A stretch of DNA of 29,370 nt from Patescibacteria group bacterium (GCA_018971765.1 JAGXAA010000002.1:1-29370); one strand, 5' to 3'; shown: positions 8,367-17,784, counted from the first letter of the stretch. Notes: a model not told the origin generated them from the sequence alone. Numbers and translations: made by a program.

Positions 8367-8446
8367 CTTGAGTTGGATTTTTAAACAGTCGATGGTATTA
8401 TGGAAGCATTATTTAAATACTTTTAACGGAAGTAAAAATAAAAAAT

Positions 8447-8998
8447 ATGTTATACGATTTTGGAAAATTAAAAAGCAAAACCGGGGAGGTTGAAGAATGG
8501 CTGAAGAAAGAATACGCGGGCATAAGGACGGGAATGGCGACTCCGGTCCTTCTTGACAATATTGTCGTTGAATCTTACGGAAGCAGGATGGGCATAAAGG
8601 AATTGGCGAGCGTGAGCACGGAAGACCCCAGGTCTATTCGCGTTTCTCCGTGGGATTCTTCGCAGACGGCAAGCATTGAAAAAGCCATCACTCTGGCGAA
8701 CCTCGGGGTTTCTCTAAGAGTCGATGAAAAAGGCATTCGAGTGTTATTTCCCGAACTGACCACTGAAAGAAGATCCTCTATCGTAAAAGTCGCCAACGGC
8801 AAACTTGAAGAAGCCAAAGTCTCTCTTCGCTCCGCCCGCGACGAGGCGTGGAGCGAAATTCAGAAGAAGGAAAAGGAGGGCGGGATGGGCGAGGATGATA
8901 AATTCAGATTAAAGAATGAAATGCAAAAAATCATTGACGACGCCGCCAAAAAACTGGAAGAAATCGCCGCAAAAAAAGACAGGGAGATAATGTCTTGA
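8447..8998 (+). CDS. frr: Ribosome recycling factor
   Basis: 183 aa with RRF signatures throughout: LKKEYAGIRTGMATPVLLDNIVVESYG...IRVSPWD...IEKAI...LGV..R.....IRV..PELTTERR. Confidence 0.92.
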   Translation: MLYDFGKLKSKTGEVEEWLKKEYAGIRTGMATPVLLDNIVVESYGSRMGIKELASVSTEDPRSIRVSPWDSSQTASIEKAITLANLGVSLRVDEKGIRVLFPELTTERRSSIVKVANGKLEEAKVSLRSARDEAWSEIQKKEKEGGMGEDDKFRLKNEMQKIIDDAAKKLEEIAAKKDREIMS

Positions 8999-9079
8999 AA
9001 CAGGTTTTAGGAAATAAAAATCAATAGTCATATATTCTTTTCCGCCTATAACCTAACGCCTAATACTAAAACCTAAAAA

Positions 9080-10165
9080 ATGTCCATAATAATTTTCATA
9101 ATAATACTTGCCGCTCTGATCTTTGTTCACGAACTTGGGCACTTTATCATAGCCAAGAAATTTGGAATCAGGGTTGATGAATTTGCCATCGGTTTTCCTC
9201 CAAAAATTTGGAGCAAGAAATATGGCGAGACGACTTACGCGATAAATTCAATTCCTTTCGGCGGTTATGTGAAAATTTTCGGAGAGAATCCGAACGAAGA
9301 ATCAATGTCCGGCCCGGACAGCGCTAGGAGTTTCATAAACGCTTCAAGGCCGAAGCAGGCCGCGGTGCTTGTTTCCGGAATCGTCTTCAATATTTTGTTC
9401 GCGTGGATTATTTTGTCCATTTCTTTTATGACGGGACTTACGACATCTGTTCAAGGTTACGGTCCGTACGCGAAAGACCAGCGTATTATTATCATCGCGG
9501 CGCAAACGGATTCGCCGGCGCGCAGAGCCGGACTTGTCGGAGGAGAAACTTTAATATCTTTGGAATCAGGAAACAAAAAGATTGACAATCTTAGTGTCGC
9601 TGATGTGCAGGATTTTATAGCGAAGAGTGGTGGCCCGATAAAAATAAATTACAAGCGGGACAATGATTTTAAAACCGCGATAATTACCGCGGCCGAAGGC
9701 ATTGTCTCGGGCAGGAAGGCGATAGGCATAGCTATGGATGAAGTCGGCGTGGTAAAGCTTCCGCCGAGCAAAGCTTTTTTTGAAGGAGCGAAACTAGCGG
9801 GCATAACGACCAAAAATGTGGCAATCGGGCTATATCGTTTCATTTTTGACGCGTTCAGAGGCAAAGCCGATTTCTCTCAAGTGACCGGTCCTGTCGGCAT
9901 TGTCGGGCTTGTCGGGGAAGCGTCGACTCTTGGCATTGTTTATTTAATGAGTTTCGCCGCGTTTATTTCGTTAAATCTGGCCGTCATAAATATAATTCCT
10001 TTTCCCGCCCTTGATGGCGGACGGCTTCTTTTCGTTGCCATTGAAGTCCTGAGAAGAAAAGCGATAAGCCCGAAAATAGCGAATAATCTAAACGCCGCCG
10101 GCTTCGCCTTGTTGATTCTCTTGATGCTTGTCGTCACCTATAAGGACATTGTTAAGATGTTTTAG
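9080..10165 (+). CDS. rseP: RIP site-2 metalloprotease (RseP/YluC family) with a PDZ domain
   Basis: HELGH zinc motif in TM1 (FVHELGHFIIAKKFG), a central PDZ-like segment, and the C-terminal LNLAVINIIPFPALDGGRLL motif. Confidence 0.9.
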   Translation: MSIIIFIIILAALIFVHELGHFIIAKKFGIRVDEFAIGFPPKIWSKKYGETTYAINSIPFGGYVKIFGENPNEESMSGPDSARSFINASRPKQAAVLVSGIVFNILFAWIILSISFMTGLTTSVQGYGPYAKDQRIIIIAAQTDSPARRAGLVGGETLISLESGNKKIDNLSVADVQDFIAKSGGPIKINYKRDNDFKTAIITAAEGIVSGRKAIGIAMDEVGVVKLPPSKAFFEGAKLAGITTKNVAIGLYRFIFDAFRGKADFSQVTGPVGIVGLVGEASTLGIVYLMSFAAFISLNLAVINIIPFPALDGGRLLFVAIEVLRRKAISPKIANNLNAAGFALLILLMLVVTYKDIVKMF

Positions 10166-10196
10166 CGTTTGGAAGTATCTTTTCCAAATCACTTTG

Positions 10197-10296
10197 ATTA
10201 CGAAACGGAAAAATTTAAGTCCTCGGGTCGCAAAAACTCTTTGTCTTTCAAGGTGTTTTTGCTCAACCAGACTGTAAATTTTTCCGCTTCGTAATT
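10197..10296. repeat. Repeat family A, copy 2 (100 nt)
   Basis: gattacgaaacggaaaaatttaagtcctcgggtcgcaaaa...gtttttgctcaaccagactgtaaatttttccgcttcgtaatt. Intergenic between rseP and a secreted-protein gene. Confidence 0.85.
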
Positions 10297-10416
10297 CACA
10301 GAAATCATGGAAAAATTATTTTCTCTTCTTAAACTTGCCGTCTGAAATTCTTCGGCCTTTTTATTTTGACCAGCGTATTTTTTTCCTGTATCATTTCGGC
10401 TATGAGGCAAATTTGA

Positions 10417-11322
10417 TTGCCGGCTAAGATATCAAATAATATCATTATATTTATGGAATCGAACGGAGTAAAATATTTATTTTTGACCATGATTGTCGCA
10501 GTGGCAAGCTTTTTTATCATTCCAAATTTTTCTTTCGCGATCAGCGAGGAAGAAAAGACTCAAGCTTTGATTGATTTTTTTCAAAATCATCTTGTTCAGT
10601 TGCGGAATGAGACGAAAGATTCGAATCAATGGTGCTACGATTTTGAGAATAATTTGAATATGGGTGATGAAAACAACGATGTTTACAATCTTCAGATCGC
10701 TTTGCAGAAAGACGGCTTTGACACTGGAATAACGGAGACGAACGAACAAGAGCCAACGGTTTACTTTGATGAAAAACTCGCCTCATTGGTTTCCGGTTTC
10801 CAGATGAAATACAAAGATGAGATTCTGATCCCGAACAATCTTCAATACGGCAACGGATTCGTCGGTCAAGCCACAAGGGATAAGTTGAATAAATTGTATG
10901 GGTGCTGGAAAGATATTACTCCTTCAATCACCCTCCTTTCGCCGAATGGGGGAGAGAAACTGGCGATAGGTCAGACTTATACGATAAAATGGTCTTCTCA
11001 AAACATTCCGTCAGGCAAATTAATCACAATCAGCGTTTATAATCCGGCAAAAAATGACAGAAGAAATATGATTGAGCGCGTCGTCAATAACGGAGAGATA
11101 CGATGGACCGTGCCGACCGTTTTGGATGCGGGAGAAAAATACTATCTTATGGTTGAAGTTGGTTGCGATAGTGGAGGAAGGAATTGCATCGCTAGCGATA
11201 AAAGCGACGAGCCGTTTAGCGCAGTCAGCGTATCTTCCGGCAATTCGCCGTCTTCATCCGCCGCTTCTGATTGGCAAACTTACTTTATGAAATTTTTGAA
11301 ATCCTTTAATTTTGCGAAATAA
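10417..11322 (+). CDS. Secreted protein with a peptidoglycan-binding (PG_binding_1-like) domain and a C-terminal beta-sandwich-like domain
   Basis: Signal peptide ...MIVAVASFFIIPNFSFA; the alternative start ATG 10453 (MESNGVKY) gives a cleaner signal peptide. DVYNLQIALQKDGFDTGI...LVSGFQMKY...GNGFVGQATRDKL matches the PG-binding helical repeat pattern. A Ser-rich tail follows. Confidence 0.6.
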   Translation: MPAKISNNIIIFMESNGVKYLFLTMIVAVASFFIIPNFSFAISEEEKTQALIDFFQNHLVQLRNETKDSNQWCYDFENNLNMGDENNDVYNLQIALQKDGFDTGITETNEQEPTVYFDEKLASLVSGFQMKYKDEILIPNNLQYGNGFVGQATRDKLNKLYGCWKDITPSITLLSPNGGEKLAIGQTYTIKWSSQNIPSGKLITISVYNPAKNDRRNMIERVVNNGEIRWTVPTVLDAGEKYYLMVEVGCDSGGRNCIASDKSDEPFSAVSVSSGNSPSSSAASDWQTYFMKFLKSFNFAK

Positions 11323-11330
11323 TCATATTT

Positions 11331-12590
11331 ATGAAGCAATCTCAATTATTATCCAAAACTCGCAAGGAAGCGCCTAAGGACGAGGCGTCGAAAAACGCGG
11401 AGCTTCTGATTCGCGCCGGTTTCATTCACAAAGAAATGGCGGGAGTTTATTCTTTCTTACCCCTTGGTTTGCGGGTTTTGAACAGGGTTAATGATATAAT
11501 CCGTGAAGAAATGAACGCGATCGGCGGGCAGGAAATTCTTTTGACCACCCTTCAAGACAGGGAACTTTGGGAAAAGACGGGAAGGTGGAGCGACGAGGTC
11601 GTGGATAATTGGTTCAAGACCAAGCTCAAAAGCGGGACGGAGCTAGGGCTCGGCTTCACTCACGAAGAGCCTTTGACCGCGCTTATGAAAAATCACGTGA
11701 GGTCGTTCAGGGACTTGCCTTTGTATCCTTATCAAATACAGACAAAATTCAGGAATGAAATGCGCGCGAAAAGCGGAATTATGAGGGGACGAGAATTTCT
11801 TATGAAAGACCTTTATTCATTTTCCAGAGACGAAAAAGAACACAGCTTGTTTTATGAAAAAGCCAAGCTTGCTTATATGAGTATATTTGATAAGGTTGGC
11901 ATTGGAGAGATGACTTACATTACTTCCGCTTCCGGCGGAACTTTCAGCAAATATTCGGACGAGTTTCAGACGATTACGGATGCCGGCGAAGACACGGTAT
12001 ATGTCTGCGAGGGTTGTAAAATCGCGATTAACGGCGAGGTTCTTGAAGGCAAGAAAGAATGCCACAATTGCAGACTCTCTGATTTAAAAGAGAGAAAAGC
12101 CGTGGAGGTCGGCAACATTTTCAATTTGGGAATAAGATTTTCTGAAGCGCTCAATCTGACTTATCTTGATGAAGAAGGAAAAGAAAAATTTGTCGTTATG
12201 GGAAGCTATGGGCTTGGCCCCACTCGTCTTATTGGGACTATTGCCGAGACTCTGTCCGACAAAGACGGTTTAGTCTGGCCGAAGCGAGTGGCGCCGTTTG
12301 ATGTTCATCTTGTTGAAATTTCCGATGAAAACAATGAGGTGAGAAAAGTGTCCGAGCGAGTATATTCAATGCTAAAAAAACGCGGGGTAGAAGTCCTTTT
12401 TGACGACAGGGAATTGAGAGCAGGCGAGAAATTCAAAGATTCAGATTTGATAGGAATACCCTTAAGACTCATAGTAAGCAAGAAAACTTTTGACGGCGGC
12501 TTATTCGAAGTGAAAGAGAGGGCGAGCGGAAAAATTTCAATGATCAAAGAGGACGATCTCTGCGGTTTCGCTAGAGATTATTTGAAGTAA
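11331..12590 (+). CDS. proS: Prolyl-tRNA synthetase, bacterial-type N-terminus but short (419 aa), no INS editing domain
   Basis: LLSKTRKEAPKDEASKNAELLIRAGFIHKEMAGVYSFLPLGLRVLNRVNDIIREEMNAIGGQEILLTTLQDRELWEKTGRW aligns with the bacterial ProRS N-terminus and motif 1. A Cys4 cluster CEGCKIAINGEVLEGKKECHNC sits where INS normally lies. Confidence 0.85.
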   Translation: MKQSQLLSKTRKEAPKDEASKNAELLIRAGFIHKEMAGVYSFLPLGLRVLNRVNDIIREEMNAIGGQEILLTTLQDRELWEKTGRWSDEVVDNWFKTKLKSGTELGLGFTHEEPLTALMKNHVRSFRDLPLYPYQIQTKFRNEMRAKSGIMRGREFLMKDLYSFSRDEKEHSLFYEKAKLAYMSIFDKVGIGEMTYITSASGGTFSKYSDEFQTITDAGEDTVYVCEGCKIAINGEVLEGKKECHNCRLSDLKERKAVEVGNIFNLGIRFSEALNLTYLDEEGKEKFVVMGSYGLGPTRLIGTIAETLSDKDGLVWPKRVAPFDVHLVEISDENNEVRKVSERVYSMLKKRGVEVLFDDRELRAGEKFKDSDLIGIPLRLIVSKKTFDGGLFEVKERASGKISMIKEDDLCGFARDYLK

Positions 12591-12629
12591 TTAAAGGGCG
12601 GTCGATATGTTTTTAAGATTTGAAATGAA

Positions 12630-13691
12630 ATGAAGAAAAAACTGTTCAGTAAAATATACAAGATGATGTCCAATGAGATAGGAATTGACTTGGGAACGGC
12701 CAACACTCTCGTCTATCTCGGAGGCAAGGGGATTGTGGTCAATGAGCCGTCGGTGGTCGCCCTCAATCAGAAGACGGGCAGAGTGGTCGCCGTCGGCTCT
12801 CACGCCAAAGAGATGCTTGGCCGCACGCCCGCGCATATTGTCGCGATCCGCCCCCTCGTGGACGGCGTCATCTCGGATTTTGAAGTGACGGAAGAGATGA
12901 TTACCTATTTTATAAAAAGAGCGGAGGAACATTCAAAGAAAATGTTCGGACCGAGAGTCGTGGTCGGCGTTCCGTCAGGAGTCACCAATGTCGAGATAAG
13001 AGCGGTTCGCGACGCAACCAGAAATGCCGGCGCCAGAGAAGTCTACATAGTGGAGGAGCCGATGGCCGGAGCGATAGGAATAAGACTGCCCGTCAATGAC
13101 CCCGTCGGCAATATGATAATTGACATCGGAGGAGGGACGACTGACATTGCCGTAATATCCTTGGGCGGAATTGTCCGTTCCAAAAATTTAAAAATCGCGG
13201 GAGACAAGTTCAACAACGACATAACCTCGTACATAAGAAGCGAATTCAAAATTCTAATCGGCGAGAAAACAGCCGAAAATCTCAAGATTGCCATCGGCTC
13301 CGTGATGCCAGCGGAAACGGCTGAAGTTTCGGTAAAAGGCAGAGATCTGATTACGGGACTGCCGCGCGAAGTCGTCATCACCGACTCGGACGTAAGGGAA
13401 GCCATGGCGCAATCCGTCGACAATCTTATTGAAGCGGTTAAAGAGGTGTTGGAAACGACTCCGCCGGAAGTGATCTCCGATGTTATGCAAAGGGGCATTC
13501 ATTTGGTCGGCGGGGGGGCGCTGATTAAGGGGCTGGATGAACTTTTGCGGAAGTGGTTTAAAATTCCGGTGTTCATAGCGGACGATCCTCTGACGGCCAT
13601 CGCGAGGGGAACCGGAATAATTCTCGAAAATTTAAAAGAATTTGAAGAAGCGCTGATTCAAAACGAAGATGAATTACCTCCTAAAAAATAA
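12630..13691 (+). CDS. mreB: Rod shape-determining protein MreB (actin homologue)
   Basis: IGIDLGTANTLVYL phosphate-1 motif, DIGGGTTD, and LVGGGALIKGLDELL. Confidence 0.93.
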   Translation: MKKKLFSKIYKMMSNEIGIDLGTANTLVYLGGKGIVVNEPSVVALNQKTGRVVAVGSHAKEMLGRTPAHIVAIRPLVDGVISDFEVTEEMITYFIKRAEEHSKKMFGPRVVVGVPSGVTNVEIRAVRDATRNAGAREVYIVEEPMAGAIGIRLPVNDPVGNMIIDIGGGTTDIAVISLGGIVRSKNLKIAGDKFNNDITSYIRSEFKILIGEKTAENLKIAIGSVMPAETAEVSVKGRDLITGLPREVVITDSDVREAMAQSVDNLIEAVKEVLETTPPEVISDVMQRGIHLVGGGALIKGLDELLRKWFKIPVFIADDPLTAIARGTGIILENLKEFEEALIQNEDELPPKK

Positions 13692-14475
13692 TCGTAAGGC
13701 GTCAAATAAAAAATGGCAACTGAAAGCGGTCGTTGCGATTCTTATATTCGCGGTATTTTTTTTCGTTTCGCGCGCGCCCGCGTCTAAAGGATTTTTGAAC
13801 GGAATCGCTCTTCCTTTCTGGGGGCTTGAAAATTACACTTTTGCCAAATTTTCCGAATACGCAAAGGCAATAGGATCAAATGAATCTCTTATTTCCGAAA
13901 ATCAGGCCATGAAAGAAGAATTGGAAAAAAATAAAACAGATTTGGCGGCTTTTAAAATTGTCCAAAAAGAAAACGATGATTTGAAAGCTTTGCTCGGAAG
14001 AAATGATTCAAAAAGAAGCTTTGTATTGGCCGCCGTCTTGGTGAAGCCGAGCATATCGCCTTTTGACGTTATCATTATTGACATAGGAAAGAATAAAGGC
14101 GCGAAAGCGGGGGATAAAGTTTTGTATAATGGAATGATTGCCATCGGAGAAATTGAAGAAGCGTACGACAAATCTTCCAAGGTCAAGCTTTATTCAAGTT
14201 CGGGAGAAAAAGTTATCGCCCTTATAGGCCCGAAATCGACGCAAACGGAAGCGGAGGGAATCGGCGGCGGCAATTTTACGGCCAAGTTGCCGCGGGACGC
14301 GGAAGTGAAAGAGGGAGACGCGGCGGTCGTCCCGAGCATATCGACTTCGGTTTTCGGATTCGCTCAAAAGATTGAAATCAATCCGGCGGAATCTTTTCAG
14401 AAGATTATCTTCAGAATGCCGGTAAATTTGTCCGAACTCAAATGGGTGGAAGTGGAAACGAGTTCCAATAATTGA
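13669..14475 (+). CDS. mreC: Rod shape-determining protein MreC
   Basis: N-terminal TM, coiled-coil region, and C-terminal beta domain (VIIIDIGKNKGAKAGDKVLYNGMIAIGEIEE). The gene overlaps the mreB stop. Confidence 0.8.
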   Translation: MNYLLKNNRKASNKKWQLKAVVAILIFAVFFFVSRAPASKGFLNGIALPFWGLENYTFAKFSEYAKAIGSNESLISENQAMKEELEKNKTDLAAFKIVQKENDDLKALLGRNDSKRSFVLAAVLVKPSISPFDVIIIDIGKNKGAKAGDKVLYNGMIAIGEIEEAYDKSSKVKLYSSSGEKVIALIGPKSTQTEAEGIGGGNFTAKLPRDAEVKEGDAAVVPSISTSVFGFAQKIEINPAESFQKIIFRMPVNLSELKWVEVETSSNN

Positions 14476-14486
14476 TTTACCGTGAA

Positions 14487-14666
14487 TTGAATCGCGAAAC
14501 TCTTTCTCGGTATGTCTTTTTTAGGGTACGGATTTTTTGAAGCTTAAAAAATCCTGAAGTTCTCGTCCCTCACCAGTTTTGATTTTAGAAATTTCCATTT
14601 CCAAAACTGGTGAGGGACTCGAAACCCCCTAAAAAAGACATACCTTCGACGAGTTTCGCAATGCAA
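14487..14666. repeat. Structured palindromic repeat family B, copy 2 (180 nt)
   Basis: Shares the outer inverted repeats and the central ggattttttgaagcttaaaaaatcc hairpin with copy 1. The second stem is compensated (gtatgtctttttta / taaaaaagacatac). The variable hairpin is a perfect 17-bp stem gtccctcaccagttttg / caaaactggtgagggac. Confidence 0.8.
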
Positions 14667-14683
14667 GGTGATTTTATAAAAAA

Positions 14684-14953
14684 ATGATGAAAAGAATTAT
14701 CATCGACGCGCTGTTATTCTTGGCGATTTTATTATTGCCGCCGCTTGCTCCCCTTATTGTGGCTTTTTTTCTGTCGTATTATTTTGAATCTTTCTACGAA
14801 ATAATATTCGTCGGAATTTTCATCGACTCTCTTTACGGCAGGTCTCTTTCTGGCTTTTATGATTTTTCTCATCTTGCGACTTTCATTTCCGCGGTTTTGT
14901 TCGTCTTATCGATTTTTGCGAAAAAGCGCCTGAAATTTCATTCAGACAGATGA
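14684..14953 (+). CDS. Small 3-TM membrane protein in the MreD position (putative MreD-like)
   Basis: 89 aa, hydrophobic. It sits between mreC and PBP2 as mreD does in canonical operons and overlaps the PBP2 start. The assignment rests on position only. Confidence 0.35.
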   Translation: MMKRIIIDALLFLAILLLPPLAPLIVAFFLSYYFESFYEIIFVGIFIDSLYGRSLSGFYDFSHLATFISAVLFVLSIFAKKRLKFHSDR

Positions 14954-16680
14954 TTATGTTAAACGGGAAAATCAAAAAAATATTTGGCTGGAGTCGGCGG
15001 TCTCGGCGGCTGATGAAATCAAACAGAGACATCGATCCGGATGAGATTTTTCTTGACTCGAGCAATTTGCCGAAATTCGACACCCATCAGTTTGAAGGAA
15101 GAATCGTCAGTTCGATTTCCAAAAGAAGCATCACTTTTTTGGCTGTCTTTTTCGCATTCATATTCGCCTTGTTTTCCGTGAAAATCTGGAATCTGCAGGT
15201 CGTCAAAGGTTCGGAATATTCGGCGCGGAGCGAGAATAATCGCTTGCGCCACACGACAATATTTCCTTTGCGCGGCGTAATTTATGACAGAAACGGCAAA
15301 GAGCTCGCGTGGAACACTCTTGGCGAGGGCAAAGAATTCGCTCTAAGAAAATACCTCGATCTTCCCGGACTCTCCCATATCTTGGGATACGTCAAATATC
15401 CGGCGAAAGATTCTTCCGGATTTTATTACAATGAAAATTATGTGGGCAAAACGGGCGTTGAAAAATTTTTTAACGATGAACTTTCCGGAGAAAGCGGTCT
15501 CAAGATAATAGAGACGAACGCTTTGGGAAAAATTCAATCGGAAAGCGTCATTCGTCCGCCCAAAAACGGAAATAACGTCAATCTATCGATCGATGCGGAA
15601 GTGCAGAATAAATTGCATGAATCGATATCGAACTTGGCAAAACAGGCGGGATTTTCGGGCGGAGCCGGGGTGATTATGGACGCGCGAAGCGGAGAAGTGC
15701 TGGCTCTGTCAAGCTATCCGGAATACAGCTCGCAGATTCTTTCGGACGGGACGAATATCGGAGCGATAAAAAAATATGTGGAAGACAAAAATAAACCTTT
15801 TTTGAACAGAGTCACGGATGGTCTTTACACTCCCGGTTCCATCATAAAACCTTTCGTCGCTTTGGGGGCGCTCACTGAAAAAATCATTTCTCCTTCAGAT
15901 TTGATATTTAGCGGCGGGTCAATCAAAGTGCCTAACATCTATAATCCAAACAAGCCCTCGGTCTTCACGGAAGTGAAGGCTCACGGCTATGTCGATATGA
16001 GGAAAGCCCTGGCCGAATCGTCAAATGTTTATTTTTATGAAATAGGCGGAGGGTATGAAAATCAGAAGGGGCTTGGAATTTCCAATATTGAAAAGTACGT
16101 GAGATTGTTCGGTTTCGGAAGCGATTTTCCGGAAGGATTTTTCTCCGGCAAATCCGGAACCGTTCCCAATCCCGAATGGAAAAAAGAAAATTTCACCGAT
16201 CAGGAATGGAGGGTGGGAGACACTTACAACACTTCAATAGGGCAATACGGTTTCCAAATAACTCCGATTCAAGCCGTTCGAGCCGTCTCCGCGATAGCGA
16301 ACGGAGGCAAACTCGTGGACACTTCAATCATTTTAGATTCTCCCGACGGCGGCGCGAAATCAATTGACATCAAGAGCGAGGATTTTCAAGTCGTAAGGGA
16401 GGGCATGAGGGGAGCGGTGCAATTTGGCACGGCTGTCGGACTGAATATTCCTCAAGTCGAAGTGGCGGCGAAGACGGGAACGGCGGAGCTCGGCTCTGAT
16501 AAAAAATTCGTGAATTCATGGGTGATCGGTTTCTTCCCTTACAAAAATCCAAGATACGCTTTTGCCGTGCTTATGGAACACGGTCCGAGCGCCAACCTAA
16601 TCGGAGGCCTGTATGTGATGAGAGGAGTTTTGGATTGGATGAGCGCCAACGCTCCCCAGTATTTGCAGTCTGCCGATTGA
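14950..16680 (+). CDS. mrdA: Penicillin-binding protein 2 (class B transpeptidase, elongasome)
   Basis: N-terminal TM, dimerisation domain, and the transpeptidase motifs SIIK (SxxK), SSN and KTGT. It lies immediately downstream of mreBC(D). Confidence 0.88.
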   Translation: MIMLNGKIKKIFGWSRRSRRLMKSNRDIDPDEIFLDSSNLPKFDTHQFEGRIVSSISKRSITFLAVFFAFIFALFSVKIWNLQVVKGSEYSARSENNRLRHTTIFPLRGVIYDRNGKELAWNTLGEGKEFALRKYLDLPGLSHILGYVKYPAKDSSGFYYNENYVGKTGVEKFFNDELSGESGLKIIETNALGKIQSESVIRPPKNGNNVNLSIDAEVQNKLHESISNLAKQAGFSGGAGVIMDARSGEVLALSSYPEYSSQILSDGTNIGAIKKYVEDKNKPFLNRVTDGLYTPGSIIKPFVALGALTEKIISPSDLIFSGGSIKVPNIYNPNKPSVFTEVKAHGYVDMRKALAESSNVYFYEIGGGYENQKGLGISNIEKYVRLFGFGSDFPEGFFSGKSGTVPNPEWKKENFTDQEWRVGDTYNTSIGQYGFQITPIQAVRAVSAIANGGKLVDTSIILDSPDGGAKSIDIKSEDFQVVREGMRGAVQFGTAVGLNIPQVEVAAKTGTAELGSDKKFVNSWVIGFFPYKNPRYAFAVLMEHGPSANLIGGLYVMRGVLDWMSANAPQYLQSAD

Positions 16681-16712
16681 TATTTTATCTCAATTGATGA
16701 TAAAATTTTCAA

Positions 16713-17069
16713 ATGAAAAAATTTCGCAAGAGTTTCAAAGCGGCGACCAATGGCATAAAGGAGACTCTGATCTTTGAGAGGAATTTTAAAATAATGCTGG
16801 TTATGGCTTTGATGATAGTAGGCTTGATGTTTTATTTTCCCACTTCTCGAACCGAAAAAGCGATTCTCTCCACCGCTATTTTTGCGGTGCTCACTTTGGA
16901 AATGGTAAACATCGTCATCGAGCGGCTTCTCGATTTCGTTCATCCCGGGCATCATGAGGAAGTGAGAATCATAAAAGATCTGATCGCCGCCATAGTTTTA
17001 ATCGCCAGTTTTGGAGCGGCGGTAATCGGACTCATAGTATTTTGGCCTTACATTACTGGGGTAAAATGA
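16713..17069 (+). CDS. dgkA: Diacylglycerol kinase / undecaprenol kinase (prokaryotic DgkA family)
   Basis: 118 aa, 3 TM. ERNFKIM...LEMVNIVIERLLD...KDLIAAIVL matches the DgkA E..N.AIE motif and spacing. Confidence 0.75.
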   Translation: MKKFRKSFKAATNGIKETLIFERNFKIMLVMALMIVGLMFYFPTSRTEKAILSTAIFAVLTLEMVNIVIERLLDFVHPGHHEEVRIIKDLIAAIVLIASFGAAVIGLIVFWPYITGVK

Positions 17070-17070
17070 A

Positions 17071-17120
17071 AACCAGAATCAAATTTTAGTCTTTAAACTA
17101 AAATCGATTCTGGTTTTTGA
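17071..17120. terminator. Bidirectional intrinsic terminator between convergent dgkA (+) and the HAD hydrolase (-)
   Basis: aaccagaatcaaattttagt-cttt-aaactaaaatcgattctggtt, a ~19-bp stem flanked by A-run and T-run. Confidence 0.7.
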
Positions 17121-17133
17121 ACCGTCCGCTATT

Positions 17134-17673
17134 TTAAGCAGGCAAATCGATAGGGTCCATCGCCTGCAGTCCAAAGTTTTTGGCGAGCGCTCTTGCTTCA
17201 GCAAGATCATCGACAAAAACTACATTATTTTTTTTCAAACCATTCTTCTTAACAAAACAAAGAAGGTTTTCAAACACTTCTTTGTCCGGTTTGGTTTTTT
17301 GCGACACAAAAACCTCCTTTTCGGAATAAATAAAAAAATTCAAGAGACTTTTTCGCGTTTGAACAAATGCAAGATTTTTAATGTCAATACCCAACACCTC
17401 CAGATATTGACATAAGGAAAACAAACTTCTGTCGGTTAATATTCCGATGGGAAAATTATTTTCCTTCACAAGATTGTGAATGTTTTTGTGAGCGACAACT
17501 TTCTTTATTTTAAAAAGAAAGCCGAAGAAATCTACAATCTCGCTTAACGCCAAACATATATTTGGCGGGCGAGACAGACCGATCTTTTTAAAAATGCGCC
17601 TGCAAAGTTTTTCGATTCTGCTTGACGGGATTATTGTCCCGTCAAAATCAAGAATGAATAGGACTGTCCTCAT
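17134..17673 (-). CDS. HAD-superfamily hydrolase
   Basis: N-terminal motif I ILDFDGTI (DxDGT) and a C-terminal VVFVDD motif IV-like segment. Confidence 0.6.
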   Translation of the reverse strand: MRTVLFILDFDGTIIPSSRIEKLCRRIFKKIGLSRPPNICLALSEIVDFFGFLFKIKKVVAHKNIHNLVKENNFPIGILTDRSLFSLCQYLEVLGIDIKNLAFVQTRKSLLNFFIYSEKEVFVSQKTKPDKEVFENLLCFVKKNGLKKNNVVFVDDLAEARALAKNFGLQAMDPIDLPA

Positions 17674-17755
17674 TCACCGACTCCTTTCTTTTCAAAAAAC
17701 ACGAAATAAAAAACTATCTTGCGACAGATTACACCTTTTTGGTCAAAAGTCAAGG

Positions 17756-17784
17756 TTGCCCTCCTCTTTAAACGGCTATATAAT
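17756..17784 (+). promoter_or_regulatory. Candidate sigma-70 promoter TTGCCC-17-TATAAT for the methyltransferase/SBP operon
   Basis: ttgccctcctctttaaacggctatataat ends ~50 nt upstream of ATG 17836. It lies in the divergent intergenic region. Confidence 0.45.

Noticed and set aside
8999-9079. Short cctaa-type direct repeats (cctataacctaacgcctaatactaaaacctaaaa) between frr and rseP
   Set aside because: Only 3-4 imperfect pentamer repeats with irregular spacing. Most likely an AT-rich leader or RBS region rather than an operator or telomere-like repeat.
12685-12888. Alternative-frame Arg/Ser-rich ORF inside mreB (and 16176-16367 inside PBP2, 1176-1445 inside the membrane protein)
   Set aside because: Out-of-frame overlaps of strongly supported genes. 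The composition is typical of off-frame translation.
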